Assembly: GCF_963921235.1 (NCBI RefSeq)
Contig: NC_086101.1
Location: 3,226,001-3,290,000, forward strand
Length of the DNA stretch: 64,000 nt
Origin: Mobula hypostoma
Lineage: Eukaryota
Direction of reading: 5' to 3'
This document shows, piece by piece, positions 35,478-47,779 of this stretch (position 1 is its first letter; the number at the start of each line of letters is the position of its first letter). A program made the translations under genes and the position numbers. Under the pieces are notes generated by a model. It was not told where the DNA came from. It did not search any database and saw only the letters and a program-made list of their open reading frames with translations.

Positions 35478-38400
35478 CCTCCTTCCCATTCTCCCATCAT
35501 CCACTCTCCTCTCCTTCCCTTTCCCCCATCGTCCACTCTCCTCTCCGTCCCTTTCTCCCATCGTCCACTCAACTCTCCTTCCCTTTCTCCCATCGTCCAA
35601 TCTCCTCTCCTTCCCCTTCCCCCATCGTCCACTCTCCTCTCCTTCCCCTTCCCCCATCGTCCACTCTCCTCTCCTTCCCTTTCTCCCATCGTCCACTCTC
35701 CTCTCCTTCCCTTTCTCCCATCGTCCACTCTCCTCTCCTTCCCTTTCTCCCATCGTCCACTCTCCTCTCCTTCCCCTTCTCCCATCGTCCACTCTCCTCT
35801 CCTTCCCTTTCTCCCATCTTCCACTCTCCTCTCCTTCCCTTTCTCCCATCGTCCACTCTCTTCTCCTTCCCTTTCTCCCATCGTCCACTCTCCTCTCCTT
35901 CCCCTTCTCCCATCGTCCACTCTCCTCTCCTTCCCTTTCTCCCATCGTCCACTCTCCTCTCCTTCCCTTTCTCCCATCGTCCACTCTCCTCTCCTTCCCC
36001 TTCCCCCATCGTCCACTCTCCTCTCCTTCCCTTTCTCCCATCGTCCACTCTCCTCTCCTTCCCCTTCTCCCATGGTCCACTCTCCTCTCCTTCCCCTTCT
36101 CCCATGGTCCACTCTCCTCTCCTTCCCTTTCTCCCATCGTCCACTCTCCTCTCCTTCCCCTTCTCCCATCGTCCACTATCCTCTCCTTCCCCTTCTCCCA
36201 TCGTCCACTCTCCTCTCCTTCCCTTTCTCCCATCGTCCACTCTCCTCTCCTTCCCTTTCTCCCATCGTCCACTCTCCTCTCCTTCCCCTTCTCCCATGGT
36301 CCACTCTCCTCTCCTTCCCCTTCTCCCATGGTCCACTCTCCTCTCCTTCCCCTTCTCCCATGGTCCACTCTCCTCTCCTTCCCCTTCTCCCATCGTCCAC
36401 TCTCCTCTCCTTCCCTTTCTCCCATCGTCCACTCTCCTCTCCTTCCCCTTCTCCCATCGTCCACTCTCCTCTCCTTCCCTTTCTCCCATCGTCCACTCTC
36501 CTCTCCTTCCCCTTCTCCCATTGTCCACTCTCCTCTCCTTCCCCTTCTCCCATCGTCCACTCTCCTCTCCTTCCCTTTCTCCCATCGTCCACTCTCCTCT
36601 CCTTCCCCTTCTCCCATTGTCCACTCTCCTCTCCTTCCCCTTCTCCCATCGTCCACTCTCCTCTCCTTCCCTTTCTCCCATCGTCCACTCTCCTCTCCTT
36701 CCCTTTCTCCCATCGTCCACTCTCCTCTCCTTCCCTTTCTCCCATCGTCCACTCTCCTCTCCTTCCCCTTCTCCCATGGTCCACTCTCCTCTCCTTCCCC
36801 TTCTCCCATGGTCCACTCTCCTCTCCTTCCCCTTCTCCCATGGTCCACTCTCCTCTCCTTCCCCTTCTCCCATGGTCCACTCTCCTCTCCTTCCCCTTCT
36901 CCCATCGTCCACTCTCCTCTCCTTCCCTTTCTCCCATCGTCCACTCTCCTCTCCTTCCCCTTCTCCCATCGTCCACTCTCCTCTCCTTCCCTTTCTCCCA
37001 TCCACTCTCCTCTCCTTCCCCTTCTCCCATGGTCCACTCTCCTCTCCTTCCCCTTCTCCCATGGTCCACTCTCCTCTCCTTCCCCTTCTCCCATGGTCCA
37101 CTCTCCTCTCCTTCCCCTTCTCCCATCGTCCACTCTCCTCTCCTTCCCTTTCTCCCATCATCCACTCTCCTCTCCTTCCCTTTCTCCCATCGTCCACTCT
37201 CCTCTCCTTCCCCTTCTCCCATTGTCCACTCTCCTCTCCTTCCCCTTCTCCCATCGTCCACTCTCCTCTCCTTCCCTTTCTCCCATCGTCCACTCTCCTC
37301 TCCTTCCCTTTCTCCCATCGTCCACTCTCCTCTCCTTCCCCTTCTCCCATCGTCCACTATCCTCTCCTTCCCCTTCTCCCATCGTCCACTCTCCTCTCCT
37401 TCCCTTTCTCCCATCGTCCACTCTCCTCTCCTTCCCTTTCTCCCATCGTCCACTCTCCTCTCCTTCCCCTTCTCCCATGGTCCACTCTCCTCTCCTTCCC
37501 CTTCTCCCATGGTCCACTCTCCTCTCCTTCCCCTTCTCCCATGGTCCACTCTCCTCTCCTTCCCCTTCTCCCATCGTCCACTCTCCTCTCCTTCCCTTTC
37601 TCCCATCGTCCACTCTCCTCTCCTTCCCCTTCTCCCATCGTCCACTCTCCTCTCCTTCCCTTTCTCCCATCGTCCACTCTCCTCTCCTTCCCCTTCTCCC
37701 ATTGTCCACTCTCCTCTCCTTCCCCTTCTCCCATCGTCCACTCTCCTCTCCTTCCCTTTCTCCCATCGTCCACTCTCCTCTCCTTCCCCTTCTCCCATTG
37801 TCCACTCTCCTCTCCTTCCCCTTCTCCCATCGTCCACTCTCCTCTCCTTCCCTTTCTCCCATCGTCCACTCTCCTCTCCTTCCCTTTCTCCCATCGTCCA
37901 CTCTCCTCTCCTTCCCTTTCTCCCATCGTCCACTCTCCTCTCCTTCCCCTTCTCCCATGGTCCACTCTCCTCTCCTTCCCCTTCTCCCATGGTCCACTCT
38001 CCTCTCCTTCCCCTTCTCCCATGGTCCACTCTCCTCTCCTTCCCCTTCTCCCATGGTCCACTCTCCTCTCCTTCCCCTTCTCCCATCGTCCACTCTCCTC
38101 TCCTTCCCTTTCTCCCATCGTCCACTCTCCTCTCCTTCCCCTTCTCCCATCGTCCACTCTCCTCTCCTTCCCTTTCTCCCATCGTCCACTCTCCTCTCCT
38201 TCCCCTTCTCCCATGGTCCACTCTCCTCTCCTTCCCCTTCTCCCATGGTCCACTCTCCTCTCCTTCCCCTTCTCCCATGGTCCACTCTCCTCTCCTTCCC
38301 CTTCTCCCATCGTCCACTCTCCTCTCCTTCCCTTTCTCCCATCATCCACTCTCCTCTCCTTCCCTTTCTCCCATCGTCCACTCTCCTCTCCTTCCCCTTC

Positions 38401-41400
38401 TCCCATTGTCCACTCTCCTCTCCTTCCCCTTCTCCCATCGTCCACTCTCCTCTCCTTCCCTTTCTCCCATCGTCCACTCTCCTCTCCGTCCCTTTCTCCC
38501 ATCGTCCACTCTCCTCTCCTTCCCTTTCTCCCATCGTCCACTCTCCTCTCCTTCCCTTTCTCCCATCGTCCACTCTCCTCTCCTTCCCTTTCTCCCATCG
38601 TCCACTCTCCTCTCCTTCCCTTTCTCCCATCGTCCACTCTCCTCTCCTTCCCTTTCTCCCATCGTCCACTCTCCTCTCCTTCCCCTTCTCCCATCGTCCA
38701 CTCTCCTCTCCTTCCCTTTCTCCCATCGTCCACTCTCCTCTCCTTCCCCTTCCCCCATCGTCCACTCTCCTCTCCGTCCCTTTCTCCCATCGTCCACTCT
38801 CCTCTCCTTCCCCTTCTCCCATGGTCCACTCTCCTCTCCTTCCCCTTCTCCCATGGTCCACTCTCCTCTCCTTCCCCTTCTCCCATCGTCCACTCTCCTC
38901 TCCTTCCCCTTCTCCCATCGTCCACTCTCCTCTCCTTCCCTTTCTCCCATCGTCCACTCTCCTCTCCTTCCCCTTCTCCCATCGTCCACTCTCCTCTCCT
39001 TCCCTTTCTCCCATCCACTCTCCTCTCCTTCCCCTTCTCCCATGGTCCACTCTCCTCTCCTTCCCCTTCTCCCATGGTCCACTCTCCTCTCCTTCCCCTT
39101 CTCCCATGGTCCACTCTCCTCTCCTTCCCCTTCTCCCATCGTCCACTCTCCTCTCCTTCCCTTTCTCCCATCATCCACTCTCCTCTCCTTCCCTTTCTCC
39201 CATCGTCCACTCTCCTCTCCTTCCCCTTCTCCCATTGTCCACTCTCCTCTCCTTCCCCTTCTCCCATCGTCCACTCTCCTCTCCTTCCCTTTCTCCCATC
39301 GTCCACTCTCCTCTCCTTCCCTTTCTCCCATCGTCCACTCTCCTCTCCTTCCCCTTCTCCCATGGTCCACTCTCCTCTCCTTCCCCTTCTCCCATGGTCC
39401 ACTCTCCTCTCCTTCCCCTTCTCCCATCGTCCACTCTCCTCTCCTTCCCTTTCTCCCATCGTCCACTCTCCTCTCCTTCCCCTTCTCCCATCGTCCACTC
39501 TCCTCTCCTTCCCTTTCTCCCATCGTCCACTCTCCTCTCCTTCCCCTTCTCCCATTGTCCACTCTCCTCTCCTTCCCCTTCTCCCATCGTCCACTCTCCT
39601 CTCCTTCCCTTTCTCCCATCGTCCACTCTCCTCTCCTTCCCCTTCTCCCATTGTCCACTCTCCTCTCCTTCCCCTTCTCCCATCGTCCACTCTCCTCTCC
39701 TTCCCTTTCTCCCATCGTCCACTCTCCTCTCCTTCCCTTTCTCCCATCGTCCACTCTCCTCTCCTTCCCTTTCTCCCATCGTCCACTCTCCTCTCCTTCC
39801 CCTTCTCCCATGGTCCACTCTCCTCTCCTTCCCCTTCTCCCATGGTCCACTCTCCTCTCCTTCCCCTTCTCCCATGGTCCACTCTCCTCTCCTTCCCCTT
39901 CTCCCATGGTCCACTCTCCTCTCCTTCCCCTTCTCCCATCGTCCACTCTCCTCTCCTTCCCTTTCTCCCATCGTCCACTCTCCTCTCCTTCCCCTTCTCC
40001 CATCGTCCACTCTCCTCTCCTTCCCTTTCTCCCATCCACTCTCCTCTCCTTCCCCTTCTCCCATGGTCCACTCTCCTCTCCTTCCCCTTCTCCCATGGTC
40101 CACTCTCCTCTCCTTCCCCTTCTCCCATGGTCCACTCTCCTCTCCTTCCCCTTCTCCCATCGTCCACTCTCCTCTCCTTCCCTTTCTCCCATCATCCACT
40201 CTCCTCTCCTTCCCTTTCTCCCATCGTCCACTCTCCTCTCCTTCCCCTTCTCCCATTGTCCACTCTCCTCTCCTTCCCCTTCTCCCATCGTCCACTCTCC
40301 TCTCCTTCCCTTTCTCCCATCGTCCACTCTCCTCTCCTTCCCTTTCTCCCATCGTCCACTCTCCTCTCCTTCCCCTTCTCCCATCGTCCACTATCCTCTC
40401 CTTCCCCTTCTCCCATCGTCCACTCTCCTCTCCTTCCCTTTCTCCCATCGTCCACTCTCCTCTCCTTCCCTTTCTCCCATCGTCCACTCTCCTCTCCTTC
40501 CCCTTCTCCCATGGTCCACTCTCCTCTCCTTCCCCTTCTCCCATGGTCCACTCTCCTCTCCTTCCCCTTCTCCCATGGTCCACTCTCCTCTCCTTCCCCT
40601 TCTCCCATCGTCCACTCTCCTCTCCTTCCCTTTCTCCCATCGTCCACTCTCCTCTCCTTCCCCTTCTCCCATCGTCCACTCTCCTCTCCTTCCCTTTCTC
40701 CCATCGTCCACTCTCCTCTCCTTCCCCTTCTCCCATTGTCCACTCTCCTCTCCTTCCCCTTCTCCCATCGTCCACTCTCCTCTCCTTCCCTTTCTCCCAT
40801 CGTCCACTCTCCTCTCCTTCCCCTTCTCCCATTGTCCACTCTCCTCTCCTTCCCCTTCTCCCATCGTCCACTCTCCTCTCCTTCCCTTTCTCCCATCGTC
40901 CACTCTCCTCTCCTTCCCTTTCTCCCATCGTCCACTCTCCTCTCCTTCCCTTTCTCCCATCGTCCACTCTCCTCTCCTTCCCCTTCTCCCATGGTCCACT
41001 CTCCTCTCCTTCCCCTTCTCCCATGGTCCACTCTCCTCTCCTTCCCCTTCTCCCATGGTCCACTCTCCTCTCCTTCCCCTTCTCCCATGGTCCACTCTCC
41101 TCTCCTTCCCCTTCTCCCATCGTCCACTCTCCTCTCCTTCCCTTTCTCCCATCGTCCACTCTCCTCTCCTTCCCCTTCTCCCATCGTCCACTCTCCTCTC
41201 CTTCCCTTTCTCCCATCGTCCACTCTCCTCTCCTTCCCCTTCTCCCATGGTCCACTCTCCTCTCCTTCCCCTTCTCCCATGGTCCACTCTCCTCTCCTTC
41301 CCCTTCTCCCATGGTCCACTCTCCTCTCCTTCCCCTTCTCCCATCGTCCACTCTCCTCTCCTTCCCTTTCTCCCATCATCCACTCTCCTCTCCTTCCCTT

Positions 41401-44400
41401 TCTCCCATCGTCCACTCTCCTCTCCTTCCCCTTCTCCCATTGTCCACTCTCCTCTCCTTCCCCTTCTCCCATCGTCCACTCTCCTCTCCTTCCCTTTCTC
41501 CCATCGTCCACTCTCCTCTCCGTCCCTTTCTCCCATCGTCCACTCTCCTCTCCTTCCCTTTCTCCCATCGTCCACTCTCCTCTCCTTCCCTTTCTCCCAT
41601 CGTCCACTCTCCTCTCCTTCCCTTTCTCCCATCGTCCACTCTCCTCTCCTTCCCTTTCTCCCATCGTCCACTCTCCTCTCCTTCCCTTTCTCCCATCGTC
41701 CACTCTCCTCTCCTTCCCCTTCTCCCATCGTCCACTCTCCTCTCCTTCCCTTTCTCCCATCGTCCACTCTCCTCTCCTTCCCCTTCCCCCATCGTCCACT
41801 CTCCTCTCCGTCCCTTTCTCCCATCGTCCACTCTCCTCTCCTTCCCCTTCTCCCATGGTCCACTCTCCTCTCCTTCCCCTTCTCCCATGGTCCACTCTCC
41901 TCTCCTTCCCCTTCTCCCATCGTCCACTCTCCTCTCCTTCCCCTTCTCCCATCGTCCACTCTCCTCTCCTTCCCTTTCTCCCATCGTCCACTCTCCTCTC
42001 CTTCCCCTTCTCCCATCGTCCACTCTCCTCTCCTTCCCTTTCTCCCATCCACTCTCCTCTCCTTCCCCTTCTCCCATGGTCCACTCTCCTCTCCTTCCCC
42101 TTCTCCCATGGTCCACTCTCCTCTCCTTCCCCTTCTCCCATGGTCCACTCTCCTCTCCTTCCCCTTCTCCCATCGTCCACTCTCCTCTCCTTCCCTTTCT
42201 CCCATCATCCACTCTCCTCTCCTTCCCTTTCTCCCATCGTCCACTCTCCTCTCCTTCCCCTTCTCCCATTGTCCACTCTCCTCTCCTTCCCCTTCTCCCA
42301 TCGTCCACTCTCCTCTCCTTCCCTTTCTCCCATCGTCCACTCTCCTCTCCTTCCCTTTCTCCCATCGTCCACTCTCCTCTCCTTCCCCTTCTCCCATCGT
42401 CCACTATCCTCTCCTTCCCCTTCTCCCATCGTCCACTCTCCTCTCCTTCCCTTTCTCCCATCGTCCACTCTCCTCTCCTTCCCTTTCTCCCATCGTCCAC
42501 TCTCCTCTCCTTCCCCTTCTCCCATGGTCCACTCTCCTCTCCTTCCCCTTCTCCCATGGTCCACTCTCCTCTCCTTCCCCTTCTCCCATGGTCCACTCTC
42601 CTCTCCTTCCCCTTCTCCCATCGTCCACTCTCCTCTCCTTCCCTTTCTCCCATCGTCCACTCTCCTCTCCTTCCCCTTCTCCCATCGTCCACTCTCCTCT
42701 CCTTCCCTTTCTCCCATCGTCCACTCTCCTCTCCTTCCCCTTCTCCCATTGTCCACTCTCCTCTCCTTCCCCTTCTCCCATCGTCCACTCTCCTCTCCTT
42801 CCCTTTCTCCCATCGTCCACTCTCCTCTCCTTCCCCTTCTCCCATTGTCCACTCTCCTCTCCTTCCCCTTCTCCCATCGTCCACTCTCCTCTCCTTCCCT
42901 TTCTCCCATCGTCCACTCTCCTCTCCTTCCCTTTCTCCCATCGTCCACTCTCCTCTCCTTCCCTTTCTCCCATCGTCCACTCTCCTCTCCTTCCCCTTCT
43001 CCCATGGTCCACTCTCCTCTCCTTCCCCTTCTCCCATGGTCCACTCTCCTCTCCTTCCCCTTCTCCCATGGTCCACTCTCCTCTCCTTCCCCTTCTCCCA
43101 TGGTCCACTCTCCTCTCCTTCCCCTTCTCCCATCGTCCACTCTCCTCTCCTTCCCTTTCTCCCATCGTCCACTCTCCTCTCCTTCCCCTTCTCCCATCGT
43201 CCACTCTCCTCTCCTTCCCTTTCTCCCATCGTCCACTCTCCTCTCCTTCCCCTTCTCCCATGGTCCACTCTCCTCTCCTTCCCCTTCTCCCATGGTCCAC
43301 TCTCCTCTCCTTCCCCTTCTCCCATGGTCCACTCTCCTCTCCTTCCCCTTCTCCCATCGTCCACTCTCCTCTCCTTCCCTTTCTCCCATCATCCACTCTC
43401 CTCTCCTTCCCTTTCTCCCATCGTCCACTCTCCTCTCCTTCCCCTTCTCCCATTGTCCACTCTCCTCTCCTTCCCCTTCTCCCATCGTCCACTCTCCTCT
43501 CCTTCCCTTTCTCCCATCGTCCACTCTCCTCTCCGTCCCTTTCTCCCATCGTCCACTCTCCTCTCCTTCCCTTTCTCCCATCGTCCACTCTCCTCTCCTT
43601 CCCTTTCTCCCATCGTCCACTCTCCTTTCCTTCCCTTTCTCCCATCGTCCACTCTCCTCTCCTTCCCTTTCTCCCATCGTCCACTCTCCTCTCCTTCCCC
43701 TTCTCCCATCGTCCACTCTCCTCTCCTTCCCTTTCTCCCATCGTCCACTCTCCTCTCCTTCCCCTTCCCCCATCGTCCACTCTCCTCTCCGTCCCTTTCT
43801 CCCATCGTCCACTCTCCTCTCCTTCCCCTTCTCCCATCGTCCACTCTCCTCTCCTTCCCCTTCTCCCATCGTCCACTCTCCTCTCCTTCCCCTTCTCCCA
43901 TCGTCCACTCTCCTCTCCTTCCCCTTCTCCCATCGTCCACTCTCCTCTCCTTCCCTTTCTCCCATCGTCCACTCTCCTCTCCTTCCCCTTCCCCCATCGT
44001 CCAATCTCCTCTCCGTCCCTTTCTCCCATCGTCCACTCTCCTCTCCTTCCCTTTCCCCCATCGTCCACTCTCCTCTCCTTCCCCTTCTCCCATCGTCCAC
44101 TCTCCTCTCCTTCCCCTTCTCCCATCGTCCACTCTCCTCTCCTTCCCTTTCTCCCATCATCCACTCTCCTCTCCTTCCCTTTCTCCCATCGTCCACTCTC
44201 CTCTCCTTCCCCTTCTCCCATGGTCCACTCTCCTCTCCTTCCCCTTCTCCCATCGTCCACTCTCCTCTCCTTCCCTTTCTCCCATCGTCCACTCTCCTCT
44301 CCGTCCCTTTCTCCCATCGTCCACTCTCCTCTCCTTCCCTTTCTCCCATCGTCCACTCTCCTCTCCTTCCCTTTCTCCCATCGTCCACTCTCCTCTCCTT

Positions 44401-45104
44401 CCCTTTCTCCCATCGTCCACTCTCCTCTCCTTCCCTTTCTCCCATCGTCCACTCTCCTCTCCTTCCCCTTCTCCCATCGTCCACTCTCCTCTCCTTCCCT
44501 TTCTCCCATCGTCCACTCTCCTCTCCTTCCCCTTCCCCCATCGTCCACTCTCCTCTCCGTCCCTTTCTCCCATCGTCCACTCTCCTCTCCTTCCCCTTCT
44601 CCCATCGTCCACTCTCCTCTCCTTCCCCTTCTCCCATCGTCCACTCTCCTCTCCTTCCCCTTCTCCCATCGTCCACTCTCCTCTCCTTCCCCTTCTCCCA
44701 TCGTCCACTCTCCTCTCCTTCCCTTTCTCCCATCGTCCACTCTCCTCTCCTTCCCCTTCCCCCATCGTCCAATCTCCTCTCCGTCCCTTTCTCCCATCGT
44801 CCACTCTCCTCTCCTTCCCTTTCCCCCATCGTCCACTCTCCTCTCCTTCCCCTTCTCCCATCGTCCACTCTCCTCTCCTTCCCCTTCTCCCATCGTCCAC
44901 TCTCCTCTCCTTCCCCTTCTCCCATCGTCCACTCTCCTCTCCTTCCCCTTCTCCCATGGTCCACTCTCCTCTCCTTCCCTTTCTCCCATCGTCCACTCTC
45001 CTCTCCTTCCCCTTCCCCCATGGTCCACTCTCCTCTCCTTCCCTTTCCCCCATCGTCCACTCTCCTCTCCCTCCCTTCCCCCATCGTCCACTCTCCTCTC
45101 CGTC
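35478..45104. repeat. 32-bp satellite (ccactctcctctccttcccYttctcccatSgt), about 300 copies, 9.6 kb
   Basis: Directly visible; strongly pyrimidine-rich + strand; embedded in a Penelope-like tail (35343..45345). Confidence 0.98.
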
Positions 45105-46839
45105 TTTTTCTCCTACCAGGTTGCTTCTTGTCCAGACCTTTGCCTTTTCCACCAATCACCTCCCAGCTGTCTCCCTCCCCCAGCCACCCGTCTTCACCTC
45201 TCACCTTCGACCTTGTCCTCCTTACCCTCTGCTCACTTTCTTTTTCTTGCTTTTTCCCCTTTACGGTCCCAATAAAGGTTCTCAATCCGGAATGTCAACT
45301 GTCTATCCTCCGCATAGATGCTGCCTGACACTGTTCCCTCCAAGTTGTGTGTGTGTGTGTGTGTGTGTGTACGGCCGCACAGTAACTGAAATGCCCTCAT
45401 GCACATAGCCTAGGTGATTGAGTCTTGATTTCAATGCTGACTGGCAACTCCTGTGCTGAACAGTATTGGTCTCTGAGGATTTATCAGCCGTCTGGAGGGG
45501 GATTCAGCTACATGGGCGTGGGCTTGCTCTCCATATCAGACTGCCCTGGTTTGTTTATCACGTAGACAGCTGGGTGAAAGGTAAGGAGATAGGGCATCGG
45601 GGAGAAGTGATAGGCAGGTAAGGAGAAGAGGTACGAGGCCAGACTGGGGAATTGAAGGCGAGGAAAGGGAGAGGGGGTAAATAACGGGCGTTGGGAAAAA
45701 TCAATGTTCATGCCATCAGGTTGCAGGCTACCCTCCACTAGAATCACCTGTTCTATCACCTTCTAACTTGTCCTCTTTCCCCTCCCCCAGTTTTCTTATA
45801 CTGGCATCTTCCCCACTTCCTTTCCAGTCCTGATGAAGGGTCTCGGCCCAAAACGTTGGCTGTTTACTCATTTTCGTAGATGCTGCCTGACCCGCTGAGT
45901 TCTGCCGGCATTTTGTGTGCACAGTTTATATATTTTTTAAACAATGAGAGGCATCGCTAGGTTAGACAGTCAGAATATTTTCTCCAGGGTGGGAACGTCA
46001 GACACCAGAGGCCATGTTTTTAAAGTTAGAGGGAAGTTTTTTTTTTCTGCAGAGTGGTACAGTGGGTGCCTGGATTGGGTTACCAGGGTAGTGGTGGAAG
46101 CAGTCAGTTTGGTGGAGCTGAGAAGCATTTAGACGGACACGTATGAAGGGATAGAGAGGAGGCCATTCAGTGTAAATCAGGAACAGCACAAACTCATGGG
46201 TTGAGTGGCCTGTGCTGTTCTAGTATCGGAAAAGGCCCTTTGGCCCACAATGACTGTGCTGAACATGATGCCAGACTGAAGCTAATCTCTTCTGCCTGCC
46301 CAGTCAGGTCAATTAGAGAGTTGTGTCAACTTTAATACTATCAAAATTATAATCTGAACTGTCCCAATGTAGAATGATTTTGTTTCAATTTCCACTCCAC
46401 ATCTCTCCACAACATTGGATATTGTGGAGTTCATTGCCACGGAAGTCTGTGGAGGCCAAGTCGTTGGGATTGCTTAGAGTAGAAGTTGACAGGTCCTTAG
46501 TTATTCAGGCTGTCAAAGGTTACGGAGAGAAGGCAAGAGAATGGGATTGAGAGGGATAATGCGTCAGTCTCGATGGAATCACAGAGAAGACCCCCACTCC
46601 CACGTAAAGTGATAGATAGATAGATAATACTTTATTGATCCCGAAGGAAATTGGGTTTCGTTGCATGCCCTCTTTGACTTTTCTACCCCGGATGCTGACA
46701 GTCTCCACCTCCCCACTCTCTGGGTGAAGAAGGTGCCCCTCAGATCCTCTCTGACACTTTTTCTTTTCCTCCAAACCCTTGGTTCCTTAACACTGCCATA
46801 GCCGCAGAGTGGGGGTGGGCTCCCACTACCTATTAAATG

Positions 46840-47330
46840 CTCCCAAAGGTCTGTCTCTCTCAAATAGCCTCTGGCGACCAAGTCTAGCTCCTGATCTTCA
46901 TGTTTGGTTCAGCTACCAAGCCAAGTGGAATAATTTTTACTGACGGAACGGGCAAAGGTAGGTTTCTGGCATCTTCAAACCAGTCACTTCAGGCAGGCGT
47001 GGTAGGCAGCTAATCTAGGAGAAGGGAAACTCTGATCTCAAGCCTCCGCTGCCTTGCGGCCATGCCCACTCCCAGGGAAGGCTTTGGGAGTAAGCCTTGA
47101 GGAACAATCCTGAACTGGAGTCCCGAAGGCGGTCCTGCGTTGAGTTCAATGCTGACTGGCAACTCCTGAGATTCTGCTGGAGCTGGACAGTATTGGTCAC
47201 TGATGTTCCTCTGGATTTATCTGCTGTGTGGAGGGGGGAGCAGCCTGCTCTCCATATCATACTGCCCTGGTTTGTGTTTCACGTAGACAGTGAGGATGGT
47301 CAGATCTAACTAATGGAGGGCCAGTCGAAT
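46840..47330 (+). mobile_element. Interspersed repeat, probably RTE-type 5' region; partial second copy at about 45425-45570
   Basis: Shared ttcaatgctgactggcaactcctg...cagtattggtc...ctgccctggtttgt...cacgtagacag blocks; family assignment is from recollection only. Confidence 0.4.
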
Positions 47331-47420
47331 GTCCTCTAGTTTATATTTTCCTTTGATACAGGACAAAAGTTTCCTTCAGTCAGCCCATCTACCTCACAAA
47401 TTTATATACCTCAATGATAC

Positions 47421-47775
47421 TCCCCTACCCCGGGGAGAATAGACCCAGACTCTCACCCTCCCCTACCCCGGGGGCAATAGGCCCAGACTCTCACCCTCCC
47501 CTACCCCAGGGACAATAGACCCAGACTCTCATCCTCCCCCCTACCCCAGGGACAATAGACCCAGACTCTCATCCTCCCCCTACCCTGGGGAGAATAGACC
47601 CAGACTCTCACCCTCCCCTACCCCGGGGGCAATAGGCCCAGACTCTCACCCTCCCCTACCCAGGGACAATAGACCCAGACTCTCATCCTCCCCCCTACCC
47701 CAGGGCCAATAGACCCAGACACCCACCCTCCCCCTACCCCAAGGACAATAGGCCCAGCTTCTTATCCTCCCTTTA
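47421..47775. repeat. 39-41 bp tandem repeat, about 8-9 copies
   Basis: Unit ccctaccccggggacaatagacccagactctcaccctc. Confidence 0.9.
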
Positions 47776-47779
47776 TCCA

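Noticed and set aside
35271..45408. 3000+ aa Pro/Ser/Leu ORFs in all three + frames and long Gly/Glu/Arg ORFs on the - strand
   Set aside because: The 32-bp unit has no stop codon in any + frame; all frames give the same permuted peptide and the unit derives from a retroelement tail.
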